Below the pieces are notes generated by a model. The model saw nothing but the letters and a program-made list of their open reading frames with translations. It was not told the DNA's origin and ran no database searches. Shown one piece after another: positions 37,012 through 47,174 of a stretch of DNA of 64,000 nucleotides. A program made the position numbers and the translations under genes. The stretch's first letter is position 1. Every line of letters begins with the position of its first letter. The stretch comes from Candidatus Aenigmatarchaeota archaeon (GTDB taxonomy: Archaea; Aenigmatarchaeota; Aenigmatarchaeia; CG10238-14; SpSt-28), in NCBI GenBank assembly GCA_044343155.1, contig JAVZSS010000001.1, positions 6,023 to 70,022 of the forward strand, given 5' to 3'.

Positions 37012-38294
37012 TACAAACTGCTTTAGAATTGATGAAAAGAGGTAAAATTTGTAACAACTGCTTAGGTAGAGTTTTTGCCAATTTGTTAAGTGGCTATTCT
37101 AATGAAGAAAGGGGTAAATTTATAAGAAATGTTGTTGCAATGATGTATGATTCTGGAAAAGAGATGGAAATAGATTTATCAAACTTTTATGGAATAAAGT
37201 TTAGAAATAAAAAACTTGAGATTTCGGATAAAAAATGTTATATTTGTAATAACTTTTTTCAAGAAAAAATATTTGAGATTTCAAAAAAGATAATTGAAAA
37301 ATTAAAAGAATATGAATTTTCAACCTTTTTAATAGGCACAAAGCTTTCTTCAGAACTAAAAATTAGAGAAGAAGAATTGCTTGAATTCATCAATCCAGAA
37401 TATTATGAATCAATAAAAAACGAGATAAATAGAGAAATTGGAAAAATAGTAGAAAAAAACTTGAATAAGAAAATGGATCGAAACAACCCAGAAATTACAG
37501 TGTTAATAGATTTAGAAAAAGAAACAATATCATTGAATATAAAAAGTTTGTTCATAGCTGGTGAATATAAAAAGTTTGTTAGAAATATTCCACAAGCAAC
37601 TTGGTATTGTCAAGAATGTAATGGAAAAGGATGTGAAAAATGTGGTGGAAAAGGTTTATTATATTCAACTTCAATTCAAATGATAATAGAAAAACCTTTA
37701 CTTAAGATGGCTAAAGGAAAAAAATCCAAATTACATGCTGAAGGTAGAGAGGATATAGATGTTAGATGTTTAGGTTGGAGACCATTTGTTATAGAAATTG
37801 TCAAACCTAAAATTAGAAAAATAGATTTAAAAAAAGCTGAAAAAAATATTAACAAATCCAAGAAAATAAAGGTAAGGTTTTTGAAAATACTCGAGGAAGG
37901 GAAAAGAGTAATAAAGTTTTTGAAAACGGAAAAATCAGATAAATTATACAGAGCTGAGATTATTTTTAAGAACAATATAGATTTGGAAAAATTAAAATTA
38001 TTAAAAAAAATTAAAAATTTGGTAGTAATTCAAAGAACACCCTTGAGAGTTTTGAAGAGAAGAAGTGATAAAATTAGAAAAAAAATAGTTAAAAAAATTA
38101 AATTCAAATTAAAAAACAAAAAAACCATTATACTAGAAATACTCTCCTCTTCAGGGCTTTATGTTAAGGAATTTATAACCGGAGATATGGGGAGGACAAA
38201 ACCTAGTATAGCTGAAATTTTAAATAATACACCAATAAAGGTTATATTAGATGTAGTTAAAATTAATAGTAAGTTTAAAGAAGTGATACAATGA
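37002..38294 (+). CDS. pus10: tRNA pseudouridine 54/55 synthase
   Basis: CNNCLGR, GREDIDVR, GLYVKEFI.GD.GRT.PS. Confidence 0.94.
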   Translation: MDIIQTALELMKRGKICNNCLGRVFANLLSGYSNEERGKFIRNVVAMMYDSGKEMEIDLSNFYGIKFRNKKLEISDKKCYICNNFFQEKIFEISKKIIEKLKEYEFSTFLIGTKLSSELKIREEELLEFINPEYYESIKNEINREIGKIVEKNLNKKMDRNNPEITVLIDLEKETISLNIKSLFIAGEYKKFVRNIPQATWYCQECNGKGCEKCGGKGLLYSTSIQMIIEKPLLKMAKGKKSKLHAEGREDIDVRCLGWRPFVIEIVKPKIRKIDLKKAEKNINKSKKIKVRFLKILEEGKRVIKFLKTEKSDKLYRAEIIFKNNIDLEKLKLLKKIKNLVVIQRTPLRVLKRRSDKIRKKIVKKIKFKLKNKKTIILEILSSSGLYVKEFITGDMGRTKPSIAEILNNTPIKVILDVVKINSKFKEVIQ

Positions 38295-38833
38295 AAGCTA
38301 TAGTACCTTTGGCTGAAGGATTTGAAGAAATAGAAGCAATAACAATAATAGATATCCTTAGAAGAGCTGGGATAAAAGTAGATGTTGTAGGAATAGAAGA
38401 TGAAATAGTTATGGGGAGAAATGGTATAAAAGTTATTTGTGATAAAACTTTAAACGAAATTGAAGAGTTAGATTATGAGTTAATCGTTTTACCTGGGGGA
38501 AATCCGGGATATAAAAATTTAATGAATTCTGAAACCATTTTAAACATTATTAGAAATATGAATTCTAAAGGAAGAATTATTGGAGCCATTTGTGCTGCTC
38601 CATTAGTTTTAGTTAAAGCTGGTATACTCAAAGATAAAAAAGCAACTTGCTATCCAAAATTGAAAGATGAAATCCCAAATTATGAAGATAAAAAGGTTGT
38701 AGTTGACGGCAATATTATAACATCTCAAGGTCCCTCAACTGCCCTTGAATTTTCTCTCGAAATAGTAAAAATTTTAAAACCAGAAATATATGAACAAATT
38801 AGAAGAGATTTGCTATGTGATAAATATGGTTAA
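38291..38833 (+). CDS. DJ-1/PfpI/YajL family protein
   Basis: GFEEIEA, LPGG, AICAAP, TSQGP. Confidence 0.92.
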   Translation: MKAIVPLAEGFEEIEAITIIDILRRAGIKVDVVGIEDEIVMGRNGIKVICDKTLNEIEELDYELIVLPGGNPGYKNLMNSETILNIIRNMNSKGRIIGAICAAPLVLVKAGILKDKKATCYPKLKDEIPNYEDKKVVVDGNIITSQGPSTALEFSLEIVKILKPEIYEQIRRDLLCDKYG

Positions 38834-39113
38834 AAAATCACAAGGTTTTAGAGTAAAAACAAGAAAGAAACTTGAAAGAGAAGCAAGGTATAGAACACCA
38901 ATAACTAAATTTTTACAAGAATTTAATATTGGAGATAAAGTTGCAATAGTTCAGGAACCTAGTAGCTTTAAAGGTATGCCTTTTTCTAGATTCAGAGGCC
39001 TAGTTGGAGAAATAATTGAAAAAAGAGGTAGGGCTTATGTCGTCAAAATTAAAGTTGGAAATAAGATTAAGAAAGTTATTTCTAATCCGGAACATCTAAA
39101 ACCAATAGCTTAA
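38826..39113 (+). CDS. rpl21e: 50S ribosomal protein L21e
   Basis: SQGFRVKTRKKL, GMPFSRFRG, PEHL; start moved to 38826. Confidence 0.94.
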   Translation: MVKKSQGFRVKTRKKLEREARYRTPITKFLQEFNIGDKVAIVQEPSSFKGMPFSRFRGLVGEIIEKRGRAYVVKIKVGNKIKKVISNPEHLKPIA

Positions 39114-39138
39114 AAATAGATAAAACAATAATTTTTTA

Positions 39139-39459
39139 ATGGAAGTTTTAGAAGAAAAGTCAATAACGCTATCTGAAGCGAAAGAAATTTTGGAAAAAAA
39201 GAAAGACGATAAAAGGTATGAAATAGTCAATGCCTTAGAATACTTAAGAAAATTTAGTTCTCTTTCTTCTGAAGATGTTGAAAAACTAAAAAAAGAACTG
39301 GCTAATATTTCTAAATTAAGTGAAGAAGAAATAGTAAAGATATGTGACTTTCTTCCAAAAACAAAAGATGAAATAAGAGTAATATTATATAAAAGTTATA
39401 ACAAGTTTGAAGAAAAGGAAATTGAGAAGATAATTGAGATTGTAAAAAAATTTGCATAA
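39139..39459 (+). CDS. rpo4: RNA polymerase subunit Rpo4 (F)
   Basis: ITLSEAKEIL, KICDFLPKT..EIR; conserved position. Confidence 0.9.
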   Translation: MEVLEEKSITLSEAKEILEKKKDDKRYEIVNALEYLRKFSSLSSEDVEKLKKELANISKLSEEEIVKICDFLPKTKDEIRVILYKSYNKFEEKEIEKIIEIVKKFA

Positions 39460-39472
39460 ATAGGTGATATTT

Positions 39473-40012
39473 ATGCCAAAAGAAGAATATCTAATAGTAT
39501 TAGACTTTCTACCGCAGGGAAAACCAATAGATAAAAAGCCGGAGCCTATAGCTCAAGGTATTGGAGAGAGGTATTTTTCATTATTAGAGGTTGTTATTAA
39601 AAAAGGTTGTTTCGTTAAACCCAAAGATAGAATTTATATTGGTAGTGGAAAAAGGGATGTAGTAGAATACATAAAAAGAAAAATTAAATATGATGACTTA
39701 ACTAGCATTGCAAAAAATATCTTAGAAGAAGTTATTCATGAAATAGTAGAAAAAGATGAAAAGAGATTTGTGAATATAATAAATACAGCTCCACCTTTAA
39801 GTGCTAGAATGCACTCTTTAGAGCTCTTACCTGGAATAGGTAAAAAACATTTATTCGCTATACTGCAAGAAAGAAAAAAGAAACCTTTCGAAAGTTTTGA
39901 AGATATTAAAAAAAGGGTTGAAATGATACCAGATCCTAAAAAAATGATAGAAAAAAGAATTTTGTCCGAAATTAAAAACGAAGATAGGCATAGACTTTTT
40001 GTTTTAGAATAG
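39473..40012 (+). CDS. DUF655 family putative RNA-binding protein
   Basis: VLDFLP, HSLELLPGIGKK, PFESFEDI. Confidence 0.9.
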   Translation: MPKEEYLIVLDFLPQGKPIDKKPEPIAQGIGERYFSLLEVVIKKGCFVKPKDRIYIGSGKRDVVEYIKRKIKYDDLTSIAKNILEEVIHEIVEKDEKRFVNIINTAPPLSARMHSLELLPGIGKKHLFAILQERKKKPFESFEDIKKRVEMIPDPKKMIEKRILSEIKNEDRHRLFVLE

Positions 40013-40017
40013 AATAA

Positions 40018-40131
40018 TAGCCCCGGGCGGATTCGAACCGCCGTCCCCGGGTTTCTTTCTCATCCTAAACCTCAAAGCTTTAGTCTTTTGAGACCAAAGC
40101 CCGGTATCCTTGGCCGCTAGACGACGGGGCT
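40018..40131 (-). tRNA. tRNA-Gln(TTG) with 41-nt intron at 37/38 (40053-40093)
   Basis: AGCCCCG/CGGGGCT-A acceptor; CCGGG-CT-TTG-G; canonical BHB (CTTT/AAAG central helix). Confidence 0.93.
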
Positions 40132-40156
40132 ATATATTTAATATAAGCATAAGTTT

Positions 40157-40576
40157 TTAAGAAAATGCAATATGCATTATTCCATTTGTTATTCTTCCTA
40201 TCCTAGATAATTGTTCTGTGGGGTGTGCTCTAGAGTATAAGACTAAACTATATATTCCATCGGAAACATTCCAAATAAATGGTATTATAGGTGAAATTAC
40301 CCCACTTAAATTAGCAACTATTCTTCCGAATCTTATAAATTGGTATGGGAAAAGTTTTTCTTCTTTATACATTTTGTAAGAAATATATCCATCTATAATC
40401 CCCCAAGAAATTAAGAAGGCCTTAATCCAACCAACGAAAGAAATCAAAATCTTTAGAAATAGGCCACATATTAAAATGAAAGGAAGACTTAAAGAAGAAT
40501 AAATTCTCTCTTTTAGTTTTTTAATCCTATCAGAATTAAATCTCTCAAAGAGTTTAAAAAAGTTATCAACTATCAT
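40157..40576 (-). CDS. Hypothetical membrane protein
   Basis: Hydrophobic; internal repeat W..xDG..S / R.GRI.N. Confidence 0.6.
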   Translation of the reverse strand: MIVDNFFKLFERFNSDRIKKLKERIYSSLSLPFILICGLFLKILISFVGWIKAFLISWGIIDGYISYKMYKEEKLFPYQFIRFGRIVANLSGVISPIIPFIWNVSDGIYSLVLYSRAHPTEQLSRIGRITNGIMHIAFS

Positions 40577-40607
40577 CCAATATCTTAGACTTGAAAATTT
40601 AAAAATT

Positions 40608-41426
40608 TTAAATTAGAGATAAATAAACTAGTAAAGTTGGTAAGAATAAGAATGGTAAAGCTGGTAGTGGTTTCCCTTTCTTTCTTTTTGATACGAAAAA
40701 GAATACTAAAAAAATAACTACAGTATTTAGTATTGAAAGAAGCATAGAAACACCAATCCCTTTCTCCAATGAAGATACAACACTTAATCCTGGAAGAAAA
40801 TAGTCTCCTGAGCCTAGGGCTATAACTTTAATTTTCTTTATTTTACCTCTAAAACTAACTTTTCTTATTTTACTTGATGGGAAAACGGAGATAAAGGTTG
40901 ATGGATTTTCGACTAAATTCTCCGCCATATAGACCATATGCTTGGTTAAAAATACAGATAATATATCATAAATAGAAAGAAGGAAAAACAAAACCAATAC
41001 TACTTCAAATGACAAAGAAGATCCTATTAAAGCGCTCGCAGAACTTATAGAAAGAAAAATTATAATATTTTTCAACAAATAACTCTTCCTAATTTCAGAA
41101 ATAGCTATTAAAATAAAAGAAAAAAGAAATGATACAAATGCTGGTAAAAAGAAAGAAAATGTGGTTGTTGTTAATAAAAAAGCTGCTAAGTTTTCTATAA
41201 TTTTCAAAACAAAAATTCTAGTTCTTATTAACAAAATAACAAGGATTGTAGAAAAAAGAACTATTGAAATGATTAATACTACATTTTTATAATCTTTTGG
41301 AGATGGGAAAAGTGGCTCAATTTCTCCCCTTAAAATTGCTTCCCTCGTTAGAATTCCTAAGTACATAGAAAAAAACATTACTGAAAGAAAAAATAAAGAA
41401 ACCAAAATTATTTCTTTATCAACCAT
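40608..41426 (-). CDS. Presenilin/SPP-family GxGD intramembrane aspartyl protease
   Basis: YD, LGSGD, PALP motifs in a multi-TM protein. Confidence 0.9.
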   Translation of the reverse strand: MVDKEIILVSLFFLSVMFFSMYLGILTREAILRGEIEPLFPSPKDYKNVVLIISIVLFSTILVILLIRTRIFVLKIIENLAAFLLTTTTFSFFLPAFVSFLFSFILIAISEIRKSYLLKNIIIFLSISSASALIGSSLSFEVVLVLFFLLSIYDILSVFLTKHMVYMAENLVENPSTFISVFPSSKIRKVSFRGKIKKIKVIALGSGDYFLPGLSVVSSLEKGIGVSMLLSILNTVVIFLVFFFVSKRKKGKPLPALPFLFLPTLLVYLSLI

Positions 41427-41467
41427 TATATTGCTTTAACTTAAATAATTATAAGTTAAATAATAGG

Positions 41468-41884
41468 ATGATATTGGGATATACGTTTGAAGAAATTGAA
41501 GGAAAAAGAGCTGAGATTTCTGGTAAAGTGGATATAAATTCAACTATAGACATAAAGGATGTAAAAGAAATAGAAATAGAAATAGGAGAAAAGAAAAAAG
41601 TTGTTGAAATAAGTTTTGAATTTAAAGTTGAATATAAACCATCTGATGGAAAAATAACATTTAAAGGAAATATTCTATATTATTCAAAAAATAATAAAGA
41701 AGTTATAAAAGAGTGGGAAAAAAATAGAAGATTGCCTGAAGATATAGATATTGAAGTAAAGAACTTCCTATTGAAAAAATGTCTTACTTTTGCTTTAAGT
41801 ATAGCTGAAGAAATAAGAATGCCTTCACCAATACCATTTCCAATGATTGTTAAAAAGAAAGAAGATAAAAGCTATATTGGATAA
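41468..41884 (+). CDS. Conserved archaeal hypothetical protein (possible SecB-like fold)
   Basis: FEFKVEY..G.I..KG..LY and PSPIPFP pattern. Confidence 0.6.
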   Translation: MILGYTFEEIEGKRAEISGKVDINSTIDIKDVKEIEIEIGEKKKVVEISFEFKVEYKPSDGKITFKGNILYYSKNNKEVIKEWEKNRRLPEDIDIEVKNFLLKKCLTFALSIAEEIRMPSPIPFPMIVKKKEDKSYIG

Positions 41885-41887
41885 AAG

Positions 41888-42361
41888 ATGATTTTTATGC
41901 TTAACATTATTAAAACACTTGGATATTTTGGTATTTTTTTAATTAGTTTAATTTCTACCTCTACTATTTTTTTACCATTCCCACTTTACTTGTTAATAAC
42001 GACAGCAACAGCCTTAGGAATGAACCCAATTTTAGTTTCTGTTGTTTCCGCTTTAGGAATGAGTTTAGGTGAATTTACTAGCTATTTTATTGGATTGGGA
42101 AGCAGGTCGATAATTGAAAAAAAGCATAAAAAGACTATTAAAATTTTTGAAAATTTTTTCAAAAAGTATGGAATTGCTGCCGTAAGTATATTTGCTTTTC
42201 TTCCTTTTCCTTTCGATGTAATAGGAATTATGGCCGGTATAGGAAAACAAGATATAAAAAAATTCTTCATAGCGACTTTTATAGGAAAATTCTTTAAAGC
42301 TCTCTTTCTTTCCTATGCGGGATACTTAATGTCTAAGATATTGTGGCAATTTTATTTTTAA
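41888..42361 (+). CDS. DedA/VTT-domain membrane protein
   Basis: GEFTSYFIG, P.PFDVIGIMAG, GKFFK. Confidence 0.85.
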   Translation: MIFMLNIIKTLGYFGIFLISLISTSTIFLPFPLYLLITTATALGMNPILVSVVSALGMSLGEFTSYFIGLGSRSIIEKKHKKTIKIFENFFKKYGIAAVSIFAFLPFPFDVIGIMAGIGKQDIKKFFIATFIGKFFKALFLSYAGYLMSKILWQFYF

Positions 42362-42381
42362 TATAATTGACAAATATTTTT

Positions 42382-43644
42382 ATGCCATCCATAACATTTT
42401 GTTTTCAAGTACATCAACCAATAAGAATTACAAATTTTCAATCCAATGGTTTCTTAAAGAATTCCGACCTTTATCAAGCCTATTTTAACCATGGCTTAAA
42501 CAAATGGATTTTTGAGAGAGTAGCAAATAAATGTTATTTACCAACAAATAGGATATTATTAGAAATTTTGGATAATTTAAAGCATGAAAAGAAAAAGTTT
42601 AAGATTGCTTTTAGCTTGACAGGCACTTTTGTTGAAAGCGCAGAAAAATATAATAAGGACGTTTTATCAACTTTTAAACAATTAGCAGAAAAATCTGAAG
42701 TTGAATTTTTAGGCGAAACATACTATCATTCTTTAGCTAGTTTATATGATAGTGAAGACGAATTTATAGAACAAATTGAAATGCACAAACAAATGCTTAA
42801 AGATTATTTTGGAATTACTCCAAAAGTTTTTGTTAATACTGAAATGATTTACAATAATAGAATAGCTAAAATAGTAGAAAACTTAGGATTTAAAGCAATT
42901 TATACGGAAGGTGCAGAAAGAATACTAGAGTGGAGAAGTCCAAACTATGTTTACGTTAGAAAGTACTGCTTTCCGGATGATCCCCCTCCAAATAAGAGAA
43001 TAAGAGTTTTGCTTAGAAATTATAGATTAAGTGATGATATTGGATATAGATTTTCTGCTAGAAATTGGGATCAGTGGCCCCTAACTGCTGAAAAATATAC
43101 CGCTTGGCTTAGTGCAACTCCAGGGCAAGTAATAAATATTTTTATGGATTACGAAACCTTTGGAGAACATCAGCCAGAAGATAGTGGAATATTTTGGTTT
43201 TTAAAGGCTTTACCATATATGATACTAAAAGATCCTAACCTAGAGGTTTTAAAACCAAGTGAAATTATAGAAAAATATCAACCAATTGGGGAGATAGATG
43301 TTTTTGAATTTTCTACAGTTTCTTGGGCCGATATGGAAAGAGACGTTTCCGCATGGCTGGGAAATAAAATGCAACAAATTTCTTTTAACGAGATAAAAAA
43401 TTTAGAAAAGCTAGTAAAGCAAGCAAAAAATCCTGATTTGATTAAGATTTGGCGATTATTACAACAAAGTGACCATTATTACTACATTTGCAATAAATGG
43501 TGGAGTGATGGAGATGTACACAAATATTTTAGCATTTTTGGTACTCCTGAAGAAGCTTTTGCTAATTTCATGAATATTATTTCAGATTTTAAAACAAGAA
43601 TTTTAATAGAGGTAGAAAAAAATAAGGAGGGTTTAAATAAATGA
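42382..43644 (+). CDS. GH57 alpha-amylase
   Basis: FQVHQP, ETYYHSL, NTE, DYETFGEH, SWAD. Confidence 0.93.
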   Translation: MPSITFCFQVHQPIRITNFQSNGFLKNSDLYQAYFNHGLNKWIFERVANKCYLPTNRILLEILDNLKHEKKKFKIAFSLTGTFVESAEKYNKDVLSTFKQLAEKSEVEFLGETYYHSLASLYDSEDEFIEQIEMHKQMLKDYFGITPKVFVNTEMIYNNRIAKIVENLGFKAIYTEGAERILEWRSPNYVYVRKYCFPDDPPPNKRIRVLLRNYRLSDDIGYRFSARNWDQWPLTAEKYTAWLSATPGQVINIFMDYETFGEHQPEDSGIFWFLKALPYMILKDPNLEVLKPSEIIEKYQPIGEIDVFEFSTVSWADMERDVSAWLGNKMQQISFNEIKNLEKLVKQAKNPDLIKIWRLLQQSDHYYYICNKWWSDGDVHKYFSIFGTPEEAFANFMNIISDFKTRILIEVEKNKEGLNK

Positions 43645-44576
43645 AAGCAATAGTCGCTGGCTCTCTTGTAATGGATATTGTCATATATCCAACAAAAGAT
43701 TTTAAACTCGTAAAAGATTTTATTGCAATTCCTTTTGACCATAAAATTCAAGTAAGTAAGATTTTTATTGAAGCTGGTGGTTCTGGTTATAATGTTGCTT
43801 CTACACTTACTAATTTTGGAAACAAAGTAGATTTGTTTGGTGCCGTAGGAAAAGATACATATGGCCAAATAATATTGAAATCCATGAAAAAAAATAAAAT
43901 TAGTTTAGATTGTATAAAAACTATAACAAATGACCTCACAGGTTTTTCTTTAATATTTTTATATGAAGGAGAAAAAACGATTGTAACCTATAGAGGTGCT
44001 AACAACCACCTTTCTGAAGAAGATTTAATCGAAAGCAAATTTAGAAATAGCAATATATTTATATTTACAAGTATGGTAAGCAATCAAAATGTGAAATTTA
44101 TAGACAAAGCAATATCTATAAGCAAAAAGTATGGACTTAAGATATTTTGCAATCCGAGTATTGCCATGGTTGAATATCAAAAAGAAAAATTAAAAGAATT
44201 CATAAAAAATTGTGATTTTGTTATAATGAATAAAAAAGAAGCGTTAAAATTAACTAAAACAAATAACTTGAAAGCTTCTATTTCTAAGTTAAAAAAGATG
44301 TGTAATGGAATACCTATAATAACTGCAGGTAAACTTGGTTGTTTTGCTTATGATAAAAAAATAAAAAATTTTAGAGCTTATGATGTTGAAGTTATAGACA
44401 CCACAGGAGCCGGAGACACCTTTACTGGAGCATTTATTCATACATTTTATCTAACAGAAGATTTAGAATATTCATTAAGATTTGCCAATGCTGCAGCTGC
44501 TATAAAAATAAGTAGTCATAACAGAAAAATTCCTAGCGAAAAAGAGGTTGTAAAATTTATGGAGGAAAAATCATGA
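43641..44576 (+). CDS. PfkB-family sugar kinase (candidate ATP-phosphofructokinase)
   Basis: GGSGYN, DTTGAGD; overlaps the aldolase start. Confidence 0.85.
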   Translation: MKAIVAGSLVMDIVIYPTKDFKLVKDFIAIPFDHKIQVSKIFIEAGGSGYNVASTLTNFGNKVDLFGAVGKDTYGQIILKSMKKNKISLDCIKTITNDLTGFSLIFLYEGEKTIVTYRGANNHLSEEDLIESKFRNSNIFIFTSMVSNQNVKFIDKAISISKKYGLKIFCNPSIAMVEYQKEKLKEFIKNCDFVIMNKKEALKLTKTNNLKASISKLKKMCNGIPIITAGKLGCFAYDKKIKNFRAYDVEVIDTTGAGDTFTGAFIHTFYLTEDLEYSLRFANAAAAIKISSHNRKIPSEKEVVKFMEEKS

Positions 44577-45343
44577 TATTTTCATCTAAAGAAAAAAATT
44601 TAAAAAAAGTCTTAAAAGATGGAAAAGCCTTAATATTGGCATTTGACCATGCTGTAGAGCATGGACCACAAGAATATGAAGGAGTTGATCTTTCTCCTCA
44701 AAGAATAGGAAAAATTGCATATGAAGGTAAGGTTGATGGTTTAATAGTTCATATTGGGGTTGCAAAAATTGTGAAAAAATTATATCCAAAGGTACCTCTA
44801 ATAATAAAGCTAACCGCAAGAAATGAATTATTAGATAGTAGAATTCAGTTACAAGAAATTGTGACTAAAGTCAAGGAAGCAAAAAATGTTGGGGCTGTTG
44901 GAGTAGCTTATACAATTTATTTTGGATCTGATTTTGAAAATCAAATGATTAGAACATTTTCTGAAATAAAAGAAGAAGCCAATAAATATAAAATGCCAAT
45001 ATTCGGTTTTGCTTATCCTCGAAGTAATAAATTTAAATCGAAGTATGATCCTATTGCTGTTAGGTATGCTGCTAGAGTTGGTGCTGAAATAGGATTCGAT
45101 GTTGTTAAAACATATTACACTGGTGATAAAGAAAGTTTTTCCAAGGTTGTTAAAGATTGCTTTGTTCCAATATTAGTTGCAGGCGGTCCAAAAATAGAAG
45201 AGGAAAGGGAATTTATAAAAATTGTAGAAGATGTGATGAGTGTTGGTGCTGCTGGTATTGCTGTAGGTAGAAACGTTTGGGAAAGAAATGACGAAGAAGC
45301 TCTAAAGATATTAGAAGATTTAAGGAGGATAATCCACAAATGA
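44573..45343 (+). CDS. fba: Class I (DhnA-type) fructose-bisphosphate aldolase
   Basis: AFDHAVEHGP, YPR, DVVKTYY, AGGPK, GRNVW. Confidence 0.9.
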   Translation: MIFSSKEKNLKKVLKDGKALILAFDHAVEHGPQEYEGVDLSPQRIGKIAYEGKVDGLIVHIGVAKIVKKLYPKVPLIIKLTARNELLDSRIQLQEIVTKVKEAKNVGAVGVAYTIYFGSDFENQMIRTFSEIKEEANKYKMPIFGFAYPRSNKFKSKYDPIAVRYAARVGAEIGFDVVKTYYTGDKESFSKVVKDCFVPILVAGGPKIEEEREFIKIVEDVMSVGAAGIAVGRNVWERNDEEALKILEDLRRIIHK

Positions 45344-45996
45344 TAATAATTAATTTTAAAAATTATAAAGAGGCCTTAGGAAAAAATGCCTTGAAAATTT
45401 GTAGAATTATTGAAGATGTTTGCAAAAAAAGTAGAATTAAAATTTTTGTAGCTCCGCAATATACAGACATTCCATTAATTTCTAGAAATTTCTCTTTTCC
45501 TGTATTAGCTCAGCATGTAGATGATGTTGAAGAAGGAAAATTTACAGGAAGTGTGTCAATTTTTTCTTTAAAAGAATATAATGTATTTGGTTCTCTTTTA
45601 AACCACTCCGAAAGAAAAATATCTATAGAAAAAATCAAAAGAACTATAAAATTGGCTAAAAAAAATAATCTTAAAATATTCGCTCTTGCATCATCACTAA
45701 AAGAAGCTAAAGAAATTTTAAAGTTTAAGCCATATTCTTTGGCATATGAACCACCAGAATTAATAGGAACCGGTAGAGCTGTTTCAAAAGAAAAACCAGA
45801 TATTCTAAAAAAATTTGTTGATTTGACAAAAAACAAAAAAGTTATTAAGCTTGCTGGAGCTGGCATTTCTAATGAAGAGGATGTTAAAAAGGCGTTAGAA
45901 ATTGGATGTGATGGTGTTCTAATATCATCAGCTTTTGTTTTTTCTAAAAATAAAAAAGAATTCTTAGAAAAGGTTATTTCCGCTTTTTATAGATAG
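45340..45996 (+). CDS. tpiA: Triosephosphate isomerase, archaeal type
   Basis: INFKNY, NHSE, YEPPELIG, GAGIS. Confidence 0.95.
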   Translation: MIIINFKNYKEALGKNALKICRIIEDVCKKSRIKIFVAPQYTDIPLISRNFSFPVLAQHVDDVEEGKFTGSVSIFSLKEYNVFGSLLNHSERKISIEKIKRTIKLAKKNNLKIFALASSLKEAKEILKFKPYSLAYEPPELIGTGRAVSKEKPDILKKFVDLTKNKKVIKLAGAGISNEEDVKKALEIGCDGVLISSAFVFSKNKKEFLEKVISAFYR

Positions 45997-46031
45997 TCTC
46001 AATATTTTAAAATTTCAAAAAAATAAACATA

Positions 46032-47174
46032 ATGGATAAAGAAGAAATAATAAAATTAGTTGAAAAAGAACCTACAGAAGAAATATTAACAAAAGAAAGA
46101 TTGGCACAATATTTAGATGAAAAAAGAAAGATTAATCATTACATAGGCTTTGAAATTTCTGGCTTTGTTCATCTTGGAACTGGAATAATTTGCATGAGTA
46201 AAGTTGCAGATTTTCAAAAAGCAGGAATAAACACTACCATATTTTTAGCTGATTTTCATTCTTGGATAAATAAAAAGTTGGGTGGTGATTTATCTACAAT
46301 AAAAAAAGTCGCAGGTGGGTATTTCAAAGAAGCATTAAAGATTTCTTTAAAAATTGTTGGTGGTGACCCAGATAAATCTAAATTTGTTTTAGGCTCAGAT
46401 CATTATAAAGAGGTTGGTTTAGAATACTTTGAAACTGTGTTAAAAGTTTCTATGAATACTAATTTGTCTAGAATTAAAAGGTCACTAACAATTATGGGAA
46501 GAAAAGAAAGCGATTCTATAGATTTTGCCCAACTTATTTATCCGCCTATGCAAGTTGCAGATATTTTTTCTTTGAAAGTAAACTTAGCTCACGGTGGTAT
46601 GGACCAAAGAAAAGCACACGTAATAGCAATAGATGTGGGTGAAAAAGTTTCTGGCTACAAACCTATTGCTGTTCATCATCATTTACTAATTGGAATGCAA
46701 ATAGATGAAAAAATTAGAGAAAATATTTTATCTGCTAAAAAAGAAGGAAAGAGAGAACTTTTTGAAGAAAGTATAATAGATATAAAAATGTCGAAATCTA
46801 AGCCTGAAAGTGCAATTTTTATACATGATTCAGAGGAAGAAATAAAGAGAAAAATAAGTAAAGCTTTTTGTCCTCCAAAAGAAATAGAACTAAATCCAGT
46901 AATAGATATTGTTAGATATGTAATATTTCCTTGGATTTCTAGATTAGAAAAAAAATTCGAAATAGAAAATCTTAAAAGTGGAAAAATAAAAGAATATAGT
47001 AGTTTATCTGAATTAATAGATGATTATAAAAATGGTAATATTCATCCTCTAGATTTGAAAAACTCTACAACTAATTACCTAATAGAAATGCTTAAACCTG
47101 CTAGAGATTATTTCTTGTACGGAAGTGGGAAATCATATTTAGAAGAAATTCAAAATCTAAAAATAACTAGATAG
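46032..47174 (+). CDS. tyrS: Tyrosyl-tRNA synthetase
   Basis: [32 protein letters not shown]. Confidence 0.96.
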   Translation: MDKEEIIKLVEKEPTEEILTKERLAQYLDEKRKINHYIGFEISGFVHLGTGIICMSKVADFQKAGINTTIFLADFHSWINKKLGGDLSTIKKVAGGYFKEALKISLKIVGGDPDKSKFVLGSDHYKEVGLEYFETVLKVSMNTNLSRIKRSLTIMGRKESDSIDFAQLIYPPMQVADIFSLKVNLAHGGMDQRKAHVIAIDVGEKVSGYKPIAVHHHLLIGMQIDEKIRENILSAKKEGKRELFEESIIDIKMSKSKPESAIFIHDSEEEIKRKISKAFCPPKEIELNPVIDIVRYVIFPWISRLEKKFEIENLKSGKIKEYSSLSELIDDYKNGNIHPLDLKNSTTNYLIEMLKPARDYFLYGSGKSYLEEIQNLKITR

